Of a stretch of 64,000 bases of DNA, positions 36,420 to 50,070 are shown piece by piece. This DNA comes from Octopus sinensis (taxonomy: Eukaryota), in NCBI RefSeq assembly GCF_006345805.1, contig NC_043000.1, positions 128,278,001 through 128,342,000 of the forward strand. The letters run 5' to 3'. Numbering within the stretch: position 1 is the first letter of the stretch; every line of letters starts with the position of its first letter. A program made the position numbers and the translations under genes. The notes under the pieces are model-generated. The model was not told where the DNA came from and did no database searches. It was given only the letters and a program-made list of their open reading frames with translations.

Positions 36420-36638
36420 TCGCTAAGCCTGACCTCAGCATTATAAACAAGTGCAATAACTAACCCAGCTATTGCTTCTTAGTAAAACATATCTAATTAG
36501 ATTATTATTCCAATTACGTATTCTTGAAGAAAAACACACTTTTTTCAAAAGCTTATTTAGAGGAAGGGCAGCGCCCATGGCCCATTTCAGACATTCCGAG
36601 ACTGCTGGGAGGAATGGAGGAAGAGAAAGAGAAAGTGG

Positions 36639-36688
<50 letters not shown>

Positions 36689-36799
36689 TAGAGAAAGAGA
36701 GAGAGATGGAGAAAGAGAGAGGGAAAGAGAGAGATGGGGGGATTGGTCTTAGACTATAGATGTGACCCGAATGATTGCAAGCCGAGCAGATCCCGATAA

Positions 36800-37005
36800 A
36801 AGGCTAATATGTCAGGCGCTAGTCTGAATACTTTCTCACTATTTCGTCGGTCTAAATGTTCTGAGTTCAAATTCCGTCTAGATCGACTTTGCCTTTTATC
36901 CTTTCGGAGTCGATAAAAGAAGTACCAGTTGCGCACTGCGGTCAGTTTAATCGAGTTACCCCTCCCTTGAACTTGCTGGCTTTGTGCCAAAATAATGAAA
37001 TCAAT
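36800..37005 (+). mobile_element. SINE family A (tail 2), diverged
   Basis: gttctgagttcaaattccgtctagatcgactttgccttttatcctttcggagtcgataaa...gctggctttgtgccaaaa. Confidence 0.8.
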
Positions 37006-37067
37006 ACGCCAGGCATTAGTGTAACTGTTTTTTCTTCTAGGAAACACAAGTTATCAAGTAATACCTA

Positions 37068-37112
<45 letters not shown>

Positions 37113-37593
37113 CTGTCTCTCTCTCTGTCTCTCTCTCTCTGTGTATATATATATGATGCAAAAATGGGACAAGAACGCAAGACATCCAGACAGGTGAAGC
37201 AAAAAAGGAAAACAAAATATCCAGACAGAGGATACAAGGAAAACAAGAACGGATCATTCGGAGTTTTCTATCCTCAGTCGAGTTCCAGATTATCTTAGCA
37301 ATTTCGGCTGGATATACTCGAGATTGCTCCAGTCTGGCCAGCCCCAAGGAAAAATAAGCTAAGAGCATTACATTCCTTGGTAGAAAACAGCGAATGTATA
37401 CGAAACAAGGACGGAATAAAAACCCCAGAAATGTTACACAAATACAAATAACTGGACATAACAGCAGGTGTCTATCGACTAAGGACGAATTAAATTAAGC
37501 TGGCATGTGTGGACGTAAAGCTTTACGGCAGGGACATAATAGTTAACGAGCACAGGAAGGAATATAGATGTTGCAAGGACAGTAGTCCGTCAA

Positions 37594-37712
37594 CCATGAA
37601 AGGATGAAAAGCAAAGTCGACCTCGGCAGAATTTGAATTCAGAACGTGAAGACAGACGAAATGCAGCTAAGCATTTTGTCCGCAGTGCTAACGATTCTGC
37701 CAGCTCGCTGCC
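37594..37712 (-). mobile_element. SINE family A head fragment
   Basis: gaaaggatgaaaagcaaagtcgacctcggcagaatttgaattcag...ctgccagctcgctgcc. Confidence 0.82.
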
Positions 37713-38140
37713 TTATGAAAACGAAAATATATTAGAATGTAAACATATTTTTTATACTTTTGATGTGCAGAAAAAACGGAGGTGGTCGATTTTGCTGACG
37801 AACCGCTACACGATTTACGGACGCTCCTCAGTGAAGACGTACCAAATCTCCTTCCTGATACTAGACATCTTGAGCTAATATTTAGTCCCTACTTCTTGTC
37901 TCTGAATTCCTGGGCAGCCTTTATGTTTTTAACGTTTTTGACACTGCCAGATTGACTTGTACTGTACAGCTGTCGGAAGCATAATAATATCCCCAGGGCA
38001 GCTGAAAGAGAGATATATATGTTTGGGTTGTGAGTTCTAAGTCATCCTTCCTTGAGAATCTAGTTCTTGAAGACTTAAACTTATTTGGAGTATTTTTCCT
38101 TTATTTCTACTTCCCTACTTTCCCATGACCCATTCGTTTA

Positions 38141-38205
38141 TTTTTCTGATGAAGGACCAACGTCCGAAACATCAAAGCTCTTCCTTTCCCTTTAAGCGTC
38201 TAATA
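38141..38205 (+). ncRNA. Decayed minimal hammerhead motif
   Basis: CUGAUGA(38146-52), extra A, stem II GGAC-caac-GUCC, GAAAC(38166-70), with GUC at 38198-38200; stems I and III no longer pair well. Confidence 0.45.
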
Positions 38206-38342
38206 TAGCTGTTAAAAATTTGTCTTTCCTCTAGTGGTGTCTTCTTTTTTGCTCATGTCTAATATATAAAGTGAAAAGGATAAACGTGTCTCAAAAAGAC
38301 ATCCATCGCATGTCGAAATGATCGGTAATGAGATATAAAATT

Positions 38343-38575
38343 AGGGCGGCGAGCTGGCAGAAAAGTTAGCACGCCGGGCGAAATGCGTAGCCGTATTTCG
38401 TCTGTCGTTACGTTGTGAGTTCAAATTCCGCCGAGGTCGACTTTGCCTTTCATCCTTTCGGGGTCGATAAATTAAGTACCAGTTACGCACTGGAGTCGAT
38501 GTAATCGACTTAATACCTATGTCTGTCCTAGTTTGTCCCCTCTGTGTTTAGCCCCTTGTGGGTAATAAAGAAATA
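38343..38575 (+). mobile_element. SINE family A monomer (tail 1)
   Basis: Full head and tail; ggtaatgagatata occurs at 38324-38337 and 38576-38589. Confidence 0.93.
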
Positions 38576-38779
38576 GGTAATGAGATATATATATATATAT
38601 GCACACACACACGTGTGTGTGTATTTATTATCAGAATAGATACCAGGCTTTAAAAATAAGTACTGGGGGGCGAATCGCTTCACTAAAGCCCTTGAAGGTA
38701 GTATCTCAGCATAGCCGCAATCCAATGATTGAAATAAAGTAAAAGATTATATATATATATGTGTGTGCGTGTGTGAGTG

Positions 38780-38862
<83 letters not shown>

Positions 38863-39136
38863 AAAAATTACATAGAGTACAAACGAACGGAACAAACGGA
38901 AAATACACGCATAGAAAGTCGCTAACTCCTCGCCAGCCCAGAGGATCGTGAGGACTTAGCGACTTTCTATCTGTATTTTCCTTTTGTTCTGTTTGTTTGT
39001 ATTCTATATAATTCTATACAATTGTCGCATGTATGTGTGTGTGTATGTATGTATGTATGTTGTATGTATGTATGTATGTATGTATGTTGTATGTATGTAT
39101 GTATGTATGTATGTATGTATGTATGTATGTATGTAT

Positions 39137-39550
39137 ACTCTTTACTCTTTACTCTTTTACTTGTTTCAGTCATTTGACTGCGGCCATGCTAAAGCACCGC
39201 CTTTAATCGAGCAACTCGACCCCGGGACTTATTCTTTTGTAAGCCCAGTACTTATTCTATCGGTCTCTTTTGCCGAACCACTAAGTAACGGGGACCTAAA
39301 CACACCAGCATCGGTTGTCAAGCAATGCTAGGGGGACAAATACAGACACAAACACACACACGCATATATATATATATACATATATACGACGGGCTTCTTT
39401 CAGTTTCCGTCTACCAAATCTACTCACAAGGCTTTGGTCGGCCTGAGGCTATAGTAGAAGACACTTGCCCAAGGTGCCACGCAGTGGGACTGAACCCGGG
39501 ACCGCGTGGTTGGTAAACAAGCTACTTACCACACAGCCACTCCTGCACCC
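39137..39550 (-). mobile_element. Full-length, well-preserved SINE family B
   Basis: Best in-window reference copy; minus head ggtgcaggagtggctgtgtggtaag...cgggttcagtcccactgcgtggcaccttgggcaagtg. Confidence 0.93.
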
Positions 39551-39997
39551 ATGTTTGTATACTTGTAATTTGTTTTCGGCAAATGCCTTCGAGTGCGCTT
39601 GTAAAAGCTCCTATGCTACTTCTTGTTGACTACCGCTTATTAATCCCATCTTCCGGAGTGAACGCATGGGGTTGTTATTTATGCGGCACTCTGCATAGTG
39701 AAGGATAAAGTCATTAATAAGAAGAAATTGTTTGGATGGAAATATTTATATATTTTAAGAGAGTCCATTATTATACATGTATATTTCTTCAGACCTGAAG
39801 AAGTAGACATGTGTAACAACGGACTCGTTTTAGACACAGGGATACCATAAATAATATTTAATAGTCTCCTATGGACATGGGAATGTAGTCACAAACAAAC
39901 ACGTGTCATGCAGAAACATATGTAGCAATACATAAATATATGTAGCAATACATAAACATATGTAGCATATTTCAACCCGAAAATTCTCTCGCTGTTA

Positions 39998-40055
<58 letters not shown>

Positions 40056-40157
40056 TCGGTGTGTGTTGCGTTCCATTACTTGATAAATGAAAAAAATGTA
40101 TAAACATGCGACGTAACGTATACCAAATGTCAAAACGAACGGGAGACAAACAGTCGG

Positions 40158-40548
40158 TCCGTAATTCTTCATCAGTTATCGACCAATTGGTACTGTTCAG
40201 TGTCACACCTTTCACTGTAAGACTGGAGTGCTTCCCAATTGGCGGTGCCCGCAAAGGTCCTTTTCGTGCGGAGAATTAGGGACAAGAGCAAATACCAGAA
40301 AACAAGTAAAACGACATAGAGTGTGATTTAGGACAGTGGACGAGGATGTATTCTGTTCGTCCTCGTCCACCGTCCTAAATCACGCTCTATGTCATTTTAC
40401 TTGTTTTGTTGTGTTTGCTCTTGTCCCTAATTCTCCGTAAGAAAATCTTTTTTTGCGGGCACCGCCAATTGGCAGGCACTCAGTCATATCGTTAAAGGTG
40501 CGAAACTAAACGGTACCAATTGGTCGATAACTGATGAAGAATTACGGA
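40158..40548. repeat. Imperfect ~390-bp palindrome
   Basis: tccgtaattcttcatcagttatcgaccaattggtac ... gtggacgagga / 13-nt spacer / tcctcgtccac ... gtaccaattggtcgataactgatgaagaattacgga; the arms are clearly diverged internally. Confidence 0.92.
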
Positions 40549-40566
40549 GCCTCTCTCTCTCTTTCG

Positions 40567-40676
<110 letters not shown>

Positions 40677-40744
40677 CGATTTGGTGTTAACCTCTCACCC
40701 CCTTGTCTTTTTCTTGCCGTCTTTTTAAGAATATGCATTTACTA

Positions 40745-41465
40745 GGAGGAGAGGATTCCCAGTCCCCTCGCTCCTGCCCCTTTTAGTCGCCTCTTATGCC
40801 ACGCAGGGAATACGGCGACTGCATTCTACCGATCCCTCCTCAGTTGCAGCGGAGTTTGCTAGTTCACCCATAGCTGGGATCCTAACAGATGCTACCACTC
40901 CGGGCCAGAGTAGACCTGGGAAAAATAGTGGCTAAGAGGTGGTTCCACACTCTTCAAACCCTGATACCAGGGTCCCTCTACCGGATGTAGTTTATAATCA
41001 TACCCAGGACTAAGATTATGGAATGTGCGTAGGTGTAGTACAAGTGAGGTTAAGAGGAGAGAGGTAGGGAGTGTGATGACGAGGAGAAGGATTGATGTGC
41101 TGGCACTGAGCGAGACTAAGAAGGCTGAAGTGGTGGGCAGCAGAACCAGAGGCAGACATCGGTTTGTGTGGATTGGTGGAGTGAGGAAAGCTTTGGTGGT
41201 TAGAGGTGTTGGAGTGAGAGAGGTAAGAGAGTTTATAAAGGATAGGAAACCTTGGAGAGTGTTTGTGGACGGATGAGTGAAATGATGTTGCTCAAAGGGG
41301 TACGGAACCAGCAAGATGCGGCGGGGGTAAAGCAGAATATGCTATCGGGCCCCGCTGCTGATATTGGGGCTTGCGTTCTATCCCTTGATCCAAGCTGAGA
41401 AATGAATGTAAAGCGTGGCACTCGATTGGTTATCAGATCCCTTTTTCTACTCTAGCCTACCCCTT
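40745..41465 (+). mobile_element. Internally deleted RTE-type LINE derivative
   Basis: 5' UTR-like region, then an ORF joining the APE N-terminus to the ORF C-terminus, then a 3' UTR-like tail; boundaries are approximate. Confidence 0.7.
41016..41276 (+). pseudogene. In-frame fusion of the RTE endonuclease N-terminus and post-RT C-terminus
   Basis: LWNVRRC...RRRIDVLALSETK (APE motifs WNV and DxLxLSET), joined at ~41121 to EVVGSRTRGRHRFVWIGGVRKALVVRG...DRKPWR (RTE C-terminal GxRxRGRPRxxW...DRxxWR). No RT domain is present. Confidence 0.75.
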
Positions 41466-44400
41466 TAACTGTTGAAATATACAACTTTCTTCTGGTTTTT
41501 CTTGGCGAATTCATTACGATAAAGGATTTCTAAGTGGTAAGTACTTGATGAAAAAGAACACTTAATAATTATGTAACACCTTAAAGATACGTAGTATGCG
41601 TTCGATGCACCTTTTGAAACACGTGTAGTACATAACTACCTATTCTATTCCTTTCATTCACTGACTACACACGTACACACACTCATACACAGGTGTATAT
41701 TTATACATTTTGTCCTATTTGAATTTTTTTATGCATTATTTTTTATATATTTTCTTCTAGTCTCTATTTTATCTGTTTATGCTTTATACCTGCCCAGGTC
41801 GCACTATTTCGTTATAAATATTGTCTTAAACATTAGAAATTAGTGACGTAAACAATGACACACACGAAACTATAAAAAAGGCGGTGCAATTCCTTTGATC
41901 ATAAGTCTGTACGCTCAGTACCAACCTGGGGATAGACGTCAACAATAGGAGCAAGAGTAGTAAATATGAAAATTATGACAGACAGCTGGGACTGGAAACG
42001 TGGTTGTGTGCTTGCCTGGGTATTTGGTGTGTGCGTATGTGTGTTTGTGTATGTAGGAATGTATGTACATACCTCCTCACACATACACATCCGTTTAGAG
42101 GTGTCACTTACCTGAAGTCCGTGTGCATCTACAGATTAAACTCAGAATAGCAAGGGACTGATTCGAACGAACACACACACACACACAGGTACATAAGGAG
42201 TGGGGTAGGTAAAAGCATGTGAAGTATGCTTATGTATACGTGTGAAGGTGTACCGGGGCGCTAAAATGCGATGACACGGCATCAGTTACTCTGAGTACAC
42301 CGTATCGCGGTCAGGAAAGACACAGCAGTTTCAATTTCATTTACTAATTACTCATATTAATCAATGTAATAACACATTAATTATCTCTACCTTTCGATTT
42401 TAATTGTTTCTCGTTTATTGTATTTGATTTCTTTATAGGGAAAAAACCAATGTTCACCGTGGGAGTGTGAAAAAGCGTTGAGCCAGGATCGAAATCTCGA
42501 ATGTCGCAGACTCATTTCGCAAGATGACCTTCCACTCTACGATGCTTGTCATCGTGTTATTATGATATCTAACCTGTTTCTCCAGTCCACAGTCCCGAAA
42601 TTACGTTTAAATCACATACACACGCTAACACACACCTACACATAAACATACACACACAAATATTCGCATACAGCTACACCCACCCAGTTAGACACCCCCG
42701 CCTCACGTCACCGCCACCTCACACACACAAACATCCATGTATTTAATCTATTGTAGACATAAGTATGAGAAAGCTTAGGTCATTACGTATACGGCATGGT
42801 TAAATGCACTAAATGACTTTTTTGTTTGCGAAAAGCAGGCAATTATAATTTGTATATTTATATTAATGAATTAATGATCAGTTGTAGGTGGGGAGACAGA
42901 AGAAGTAAGAAGTGGTTTTATGAATATCTTGTCGGTTTGACATGTTTACACAAATTTACAAAAAGATGGTTTTTGCACAAAAAAATGAGTTTTCAATTAA
43001 AGATGTGAGTAACAGTTGTGATAGTGCAAACAACAGAACGTTGCTTGAAAACTGAAGCATGCATTTTGATGTCATTTTGTTCTGGCAATTTACGATCTGG
43101 TTTCTGATCCCGCCAAGGTCAACTTTGCCTTTCATTCTTTCGTAGTCGCTAAAATAAAGTACCGGTTAAGTATTAGAGATGATAGTATCCAGTGATCCCC
43201 TTCCCCTTGAAATTGCTGGCCTTCTACCTAAATAAGAAACCATTATGACGTCACGTAATTGTTTAATCCCCAGATCTACCTTAATTGAGTACACCTGTGA
43301 TCAAAGGTGTTTCAGTCTTTTTTCATATTAGGGAATGCATTGTCCAGCACCATCTTAGTAGTATTATAGACACCCTCCCCGGGGCAAATCAATGCGTTAA
43401 TACTATATGATAGTATTTATTTATTGACAGCAAGCCACAACATACAGAGATTAGCATTGGGTTCCTGAGCCCGAGAGGTCCCCAGGTAATTATCTAGAGT
43501 GTCCATACCTTAAGGCGGATCTGCATCGTCCCATATAAGATTTCGTTTCTTCTTTATTTTTAAGACGGTGTTTCCATTTGAGGTGATTTCACTGCTACTT
43601 TTAACAAATTGAGGGACCACGTAGAAAACCCCATGTTGGTCGTTCCTCTAGTTGGTTAAGCGACGGAATGTGATTCATAAAATCATTGTTTGATTGTTTT
43701 AGTGCCAACTTATCCTTTTTAGATTGGCGTTCTATCCGTACCCATCTCGTCTATTTTGTCAAACACTTATTAGTAGGGTTAAATCATCTAATGTGTCCTC
43801 TTATGTTTTAAACACATACGAAACTCCACCTTGATTTAAAATGTGTAGCTTCCACCCACTTGTCCTGCTTAAAATCTGCCCTGTAACAATTATTTTTTCT
43901 TTTATCTTCTCTAGTGTTAATAAAACAAAGAGGGGAAGTTCAAGAGAGCCGCCAATTCGAGCTGCTAGAAATAGCAGTCAAATTTCCCTCAAGTCAGATC
44001 CTACCACGTTTAAACAGGAAGACATAGGACGATGTAATCAGAGATATTCAAAAGCTTGGAATGATCATGTTTCGAACATCATCGATCACAGATCTGTTTG
44101 ATCAGAGTTAACTGGGGCTAATCAACAACAAACAACAACAGCAACAACAATCTCAATGGCAGCAAGAATGACAACAATTTCTACAGCACCAGATTGAGGT
44201 TGAGCACCACTACTACCAACAACAACAACAACAACAACATGAGTCCAGATTATATGTGCTGTGTGTTATCGATGATATTCTCTTCTCTTGGGTCGTAAGA
44301 CATGAAATTCATTTAAAACTAAAATAAACTTTGGAAGACCCTTGAAACTTCAAGAATTCAAGGCAAAAGAATTCTTCCAAGTCTGGTAAGCATCAGGTAA

Positions 44401-44994
44401 AAACCTTTCATGAAGACATTGGACATTAGACAATCAAGAATTCTAACCAATAAATTTGCTAATTTTATTGTATCGGGCCAACGAGGATGCCTCTACTTGG
44501 TCGCTTAAATGGGTAGAAATAGTAACCAAATGTCTATACAATTACACTCTAGCGTCTTGAAAGGGAAGGACTTTATATAATGTAGTCCATAGACTCTCTT
44601 GGTGATAATACAGCACTCGGTATTGTATTTTGACAATATCCTTGTACTGAAGCAGGAATCTTGCTAACTCGGCCGTTAGAAATTTCGGTTCTCTACATTG
44701 AATTGAATTCATTACTATTCTTACTCAAAATGAAGTCATCTCCATGAGTTTTTTACTCACCGCCCTTGTTTTGAAATACTAGGCTGGTGTTCCCTGCTGG
44801 AGTTTTCGCTCCTTGATTGAGTTCAAAAGCAGGTGTCTAACATTATTGGACCGGTTTGGAGGTTAAACCTCAACCCATTTCTCATCACCAGGGCATCAAT
44901 TGTTTTCTTTTTTTTTTTTTTTTTAACTAATCTATAAATATTTCTACGGTCATCACTCTGCCAAAGCTGTTTCTCTTGTACCTCCTTTGGTGGG

Positions 44995-45095
44995 GAAACG
45001 TGAAGTAAACTGTCTTGCGCAACGACACAACGAGTTACTGGGAATTGAACTCACGATCGTCAGCCGAATACCCTGACCACTAAGCCACGCATCTT
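44995..45095 (-). mobile_element. SINE family D head
   Basis: Minus strand gaagatgcgtggcttagtggtcagggt...gagttcaattccc...gtgtcgttgcgcaagac. Confidence 0.6.
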
Positions 45096-45281
45096 CGATC
45101 TAATTATGCATCTATCTGTGTGTATAAATATACATATGTATACATACATATATATGTGTACGTGTGCGTGTGTGTGTACACACACGTACACCTACACTCA
45201 CACATAAATGTATGCTTGTGTGTCTATGTTCGTATGTATGTTTGTGAGTGAGAGAGAAAAAGTTCGTGTATGCTTGAACGA

Positions 45282-45352
<71 letters not shown>

Positions 45353-45353
45353 A

Positions 45354-45752
45354 AGGCGGCGAGCTGACAAAAACGTTTGCACGCCGGGCGAAATGCTTTG
45401 CGGTGTTTCGTCTGCCGTTACGTTCTGAGTTCAAATTCCGCCGAGGTCGACTTTGCCTTTCATCCTTTCGGGGTCGATTAAATAAGTACCAGTTAAGCAC
45501 TGGGGTCGATATAATCGACTTAATCTGTTTGTCTGTCCTTGTTGTCCTCCCTGTGTTTAGCCCCTTGTGGGTAGTAAAGAAATACGTATTTCATCTGCCG
45601 TTACGTTCTGAGTTCAAATTCCGCCGAGGTCGACTTTGCCTTTCATCCTTTCGGGGTCGATAGATTAAGCACCAGTTGCGCACTGGAGTCGATCTAATCG
45701 ACTGGCCCTCTCCCCCAAAATTTCGGGGCTTGTGCCTAAAGTAGAAAAGAAT
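45354..45752 (+). mobile_element. Dimeric SINE family A (alternative junction)
   Basis: Head + tail 1, junction aaagaaata|cgtatttcatctgcc (~45584), then a second unit with tail 2. Confidence 0.92.
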
Positions 45753-46499
45753 ATTTAAATGCATATATATGAATGCATACATGCATGTATGCATGCACGC
45801 ATGCATGCATGTATGTATGCGTGCATGCATATATGCATGCATATGTGCATTTTACCGTGCATAAATGCATATATGCATACCTATAAAAATACTTATGTTC
45901 AGGTATGCATACATACATATATGTTCATATGTATACACTATAAATGGATTCATGAATATGTGTATGTATACCTATATTTCCTCCCACACACGCAAACATA
46001 TGCATAAGTACATATACATGAATGCATGTATACATGCATGTATGCATAGTCAAGCAACCATGCATACATATATATGTATGCATATATGTATATTTGTATT
46101 TATGCACGCACATATGAATGCTTGTAACAATATAAGCACACACACACATATATATATATATTTATATATATATACACACATGCATGACTGTATGTAAGTA
46201 TATATGCGTGTGTGTATTTGTGCTTGTGTGTGTGCGTGTGTGTATATGTGTTTGTGTGTACGCTTCAGTAGAGTGGGAGGGTCTAGTAAACCATGTACAA
46301 CGCAGGTCTCTCTCCTTACATCTTTATATGGCTTAAGAATTCCTATAGTTCCTGCAAACCGGGGGGAAGAGCTTCGTACCTCCCCGCTTCGCCACCCACG
46401 TACATCTCTTTTGGTAAACGAAGTAAATGAAGTAGCTGTAAGGAAATCAACTGAAAGGGAAATAAATTTCCTTCACACATCCTCTTCTCTCCACTTCTC

Positions 46500-47370
<871 letters not shown>

Positions 47371-49631
47371 ATACAAATGATAGGTAGACGTGTGTCTCAA
47401 CTCATCCAGTGTTGAGATGTTCTTCAGTGAAAATGCTCGATTATTCAATCAAAAATTACTAAGAGCTATGACTTTAGGACAAAATGAAAGTATCTTGACT
47501 ATATCATACGAAATGAAATATGTTTGTATTACTTTAACCTAGGACACACGGTTTTGTGTTTTGTTTTTTGGGATATGTCTCATCAACTGAAAGGAAATAA
47601 GATTGAATTTTAATGACAGAGATCCACCACCTCCATCGCTTTTCTGGCTATCTTCAACTAAGAGATTACGCTTGAGAATCCCGAACTTACTTTTTCAGTG
47701 CTACTCCCGCTTTGTGGGTTGAAGGTGGTGTAAACACTGATGACCAAAATATTCTTGTGAGGAGTAGTGATCCTCCACAGGTATACGTCAGGACTCCCAT
47801 TTACATTGATCTTGAAAGATCTATATAAGGAAAACGGAACGAATGAATGAGATGAAACGAACATATTACATATGTGGAGCTAGCACGAACCAGACCATAA
47901 CGTAGGGGTGCTGGGTCTGTATTAGTATGAGGACTTACATATTTCCAGTTGCGGACGAAAATAGAGTCAGTAAACTTTACCCTGGATATTCAGAGAAGCA
48001 CACAACTGGCGCCCAGGCACCAACCTGTTGGCAAGGGATAAATCCCTTATCAAATAACTAACATGCAAGAACAACATATATACACCATTAGACTAAAGAG
48101 GAAAACTCTCCGTGCTCACAGTCAATGCAACTCTCCTTCAGCTCTCACAAAGTGATACCGACACTCAATGCCACGGTACCATAGCAAAAAGTGTAAAGAA
48201 ACGGTGCAACGACTTGTGAGAGGGCGTCTCAGGAAATATGCTTCTCAGTATGCACAAATGCAGAAGTTTCTCGACATACTGTTCCTCCTCCTCAACACCG
48301 TGGCTTTACTACTTAAGCACCTGCAGTCTAAGACCTCTGAAAATATACCCAATCATCGTAAGTACCATATATCTACCCTGGAAAGTACCAAATATCTACA
48401 CCTTCGTGGTTACTAAAATCGCTAATCGCATGCATACCCACAAATTTCGAGGGTTGGTGGCAGCTAATAGAAAACAACTATACTTTCAGTTTGGGCCTAT
48501 GCCCTATGTACACTTGCAGACCACCAACAGAGGGCATTGATTCAGCAGTGTCTGAATAGAGGACACAGTCTCGCAGTTGACTTCCTTTTAACAAGCCTCA
48601 GCTTTCTTCTAGTTTCTGTATTGCCCATACGTTCTCCTCACCTAGCGGCAATTCAGTGGCCTTCTTATAGGATCTAAACCTAACTACCCTAACATTAGAC
48701 AATATAGTGCGTAGAGTACTACATTCTTGATGACGCACACGCAGTGATGGAGACACGTGGATGACGTATGTGCGTCATCCCGTTCCGAAAATGCAGCTGT
48801 ATTTTAATATCCTCTACAATAGCATTAAATTTGATATTGAATATCCAACGGCAGAAATCGGTTTCTCCCCATCCTATATTTCAAGTCAGTTTTACTAGAA
48901 AGAAGAGAAGACCATCTTTTCTCACCCAAATTGTGCATACTTATAAGAGCTGAAATGCCGGCATTATAACGAAGGCATATCCCTACCGTACGATTAAATG
49001 TGATGAGGCCATGCAAAAAAAAAACAAAAAAAAAACGGAGTGATGCTGTATGCTTGTAGCTACAGACTACGTTTTGTGAAGCGAGTAAGAGCCATAGGGA
49101 TCAGGCAAATAAGATCTATCAGGTACTGTCTACAGCCAGGTAGGCAGTGGGTGATATATTGCCAAAATATAAAAAAAATGGCAAAGTTTCAGACTTGGTA
49201 TGAACTCCTTTGTGAATGTTCATTACAAAGTATGTACTTGATTGATCTGTTAGAACTAGTCATAAGATTGATTTTCTTATTGAATCTAAATAATGTATTG
49301 ATTTCCTCCACGAATCTAATATATTATTGACATTTATTTTGATGAGCTTAATGAACTAAAACAGATGGGTACCTCTGAAGGTTTTGATTCATCTGGATGA
49401 ATGATTCATCTGAATAACTGGAATACATATTTGTTTTACATTACAATTGGTGAACAATGATGTCGTTGATTACAGGCTTTTAATGGGCCAATAATTGGTT
49501 CAGTGCATTTCTGATAGTGTAAATAACAAGGCAGTGTCTGTATACTCGGTGCAGAACAAATATCCCGAGAGACTTTATCAAAAAGCTAACTTTTCTGTTT
49601 ATCCGCTGATGTTTGTGTCATTCCTCGTATG

Positions 49632-49735
<104 letters not shown>

Positions 49736-49998
49736 TGTATGTATTTATGTGTTTGTGTGTGTGTGTCTGTCTGTGTCTGTGTAAGTATATATGTTCTTCT
49801 GGTTTTATTTTATGGAATATTTCAGAAAGATTTTAATCTTCGCAATCCTTTCAGAATTATACAGCAATCTCTAGGTTAGAAACCTCTAGTCTAGCAAGAC
49901 CTTTAAAAGCGGTTTATGGACAGTGAATCTTTTCATTAAAATATTTTCAATCAAAATTTATAAAGTTATAGGAGCTGCCAAAACATTTTAAAGCTAAA

Positions 49999-50070
49999 AC
50001 TGACCACTTCCTTGGCAGCCATTTTGCTTAGGTCGCTATATCAGGGAAAACGCGTGAGAAACGCTTGGCC
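49999..50070 (-). promoter_or_regulatory. Candidate promoter or first coding exon (YY1-like and ETS-like motifs)
   Basis: The minus strand reads aagcaaaATGGCTGCCAAGGAAGTG|gtcagt (ATG at 50022, donor-like site 50004-49999), in locally CpG-richer unique sequence. Confidence 0.3.

Noticed and set aside
37150-37560. Possible PLE pseudo-LTR with CTGAGGA on the minus strand (37271-37277)
   Set aside because: I could not assemble stems I-III around the core, and there is no second copy or ORF for support.
39795-39830. CTGAAGA core with a possible stem II (hammerhead)
   Set aside because: No GAAA or closing stem; too decayed to call.
48007-48014. TGGCGCCC primer-binding-site-like motif suggesting an LTR retrotransposon
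   Set aside because: No paired LTRs and no recognisable gag or pol motifs downstream.
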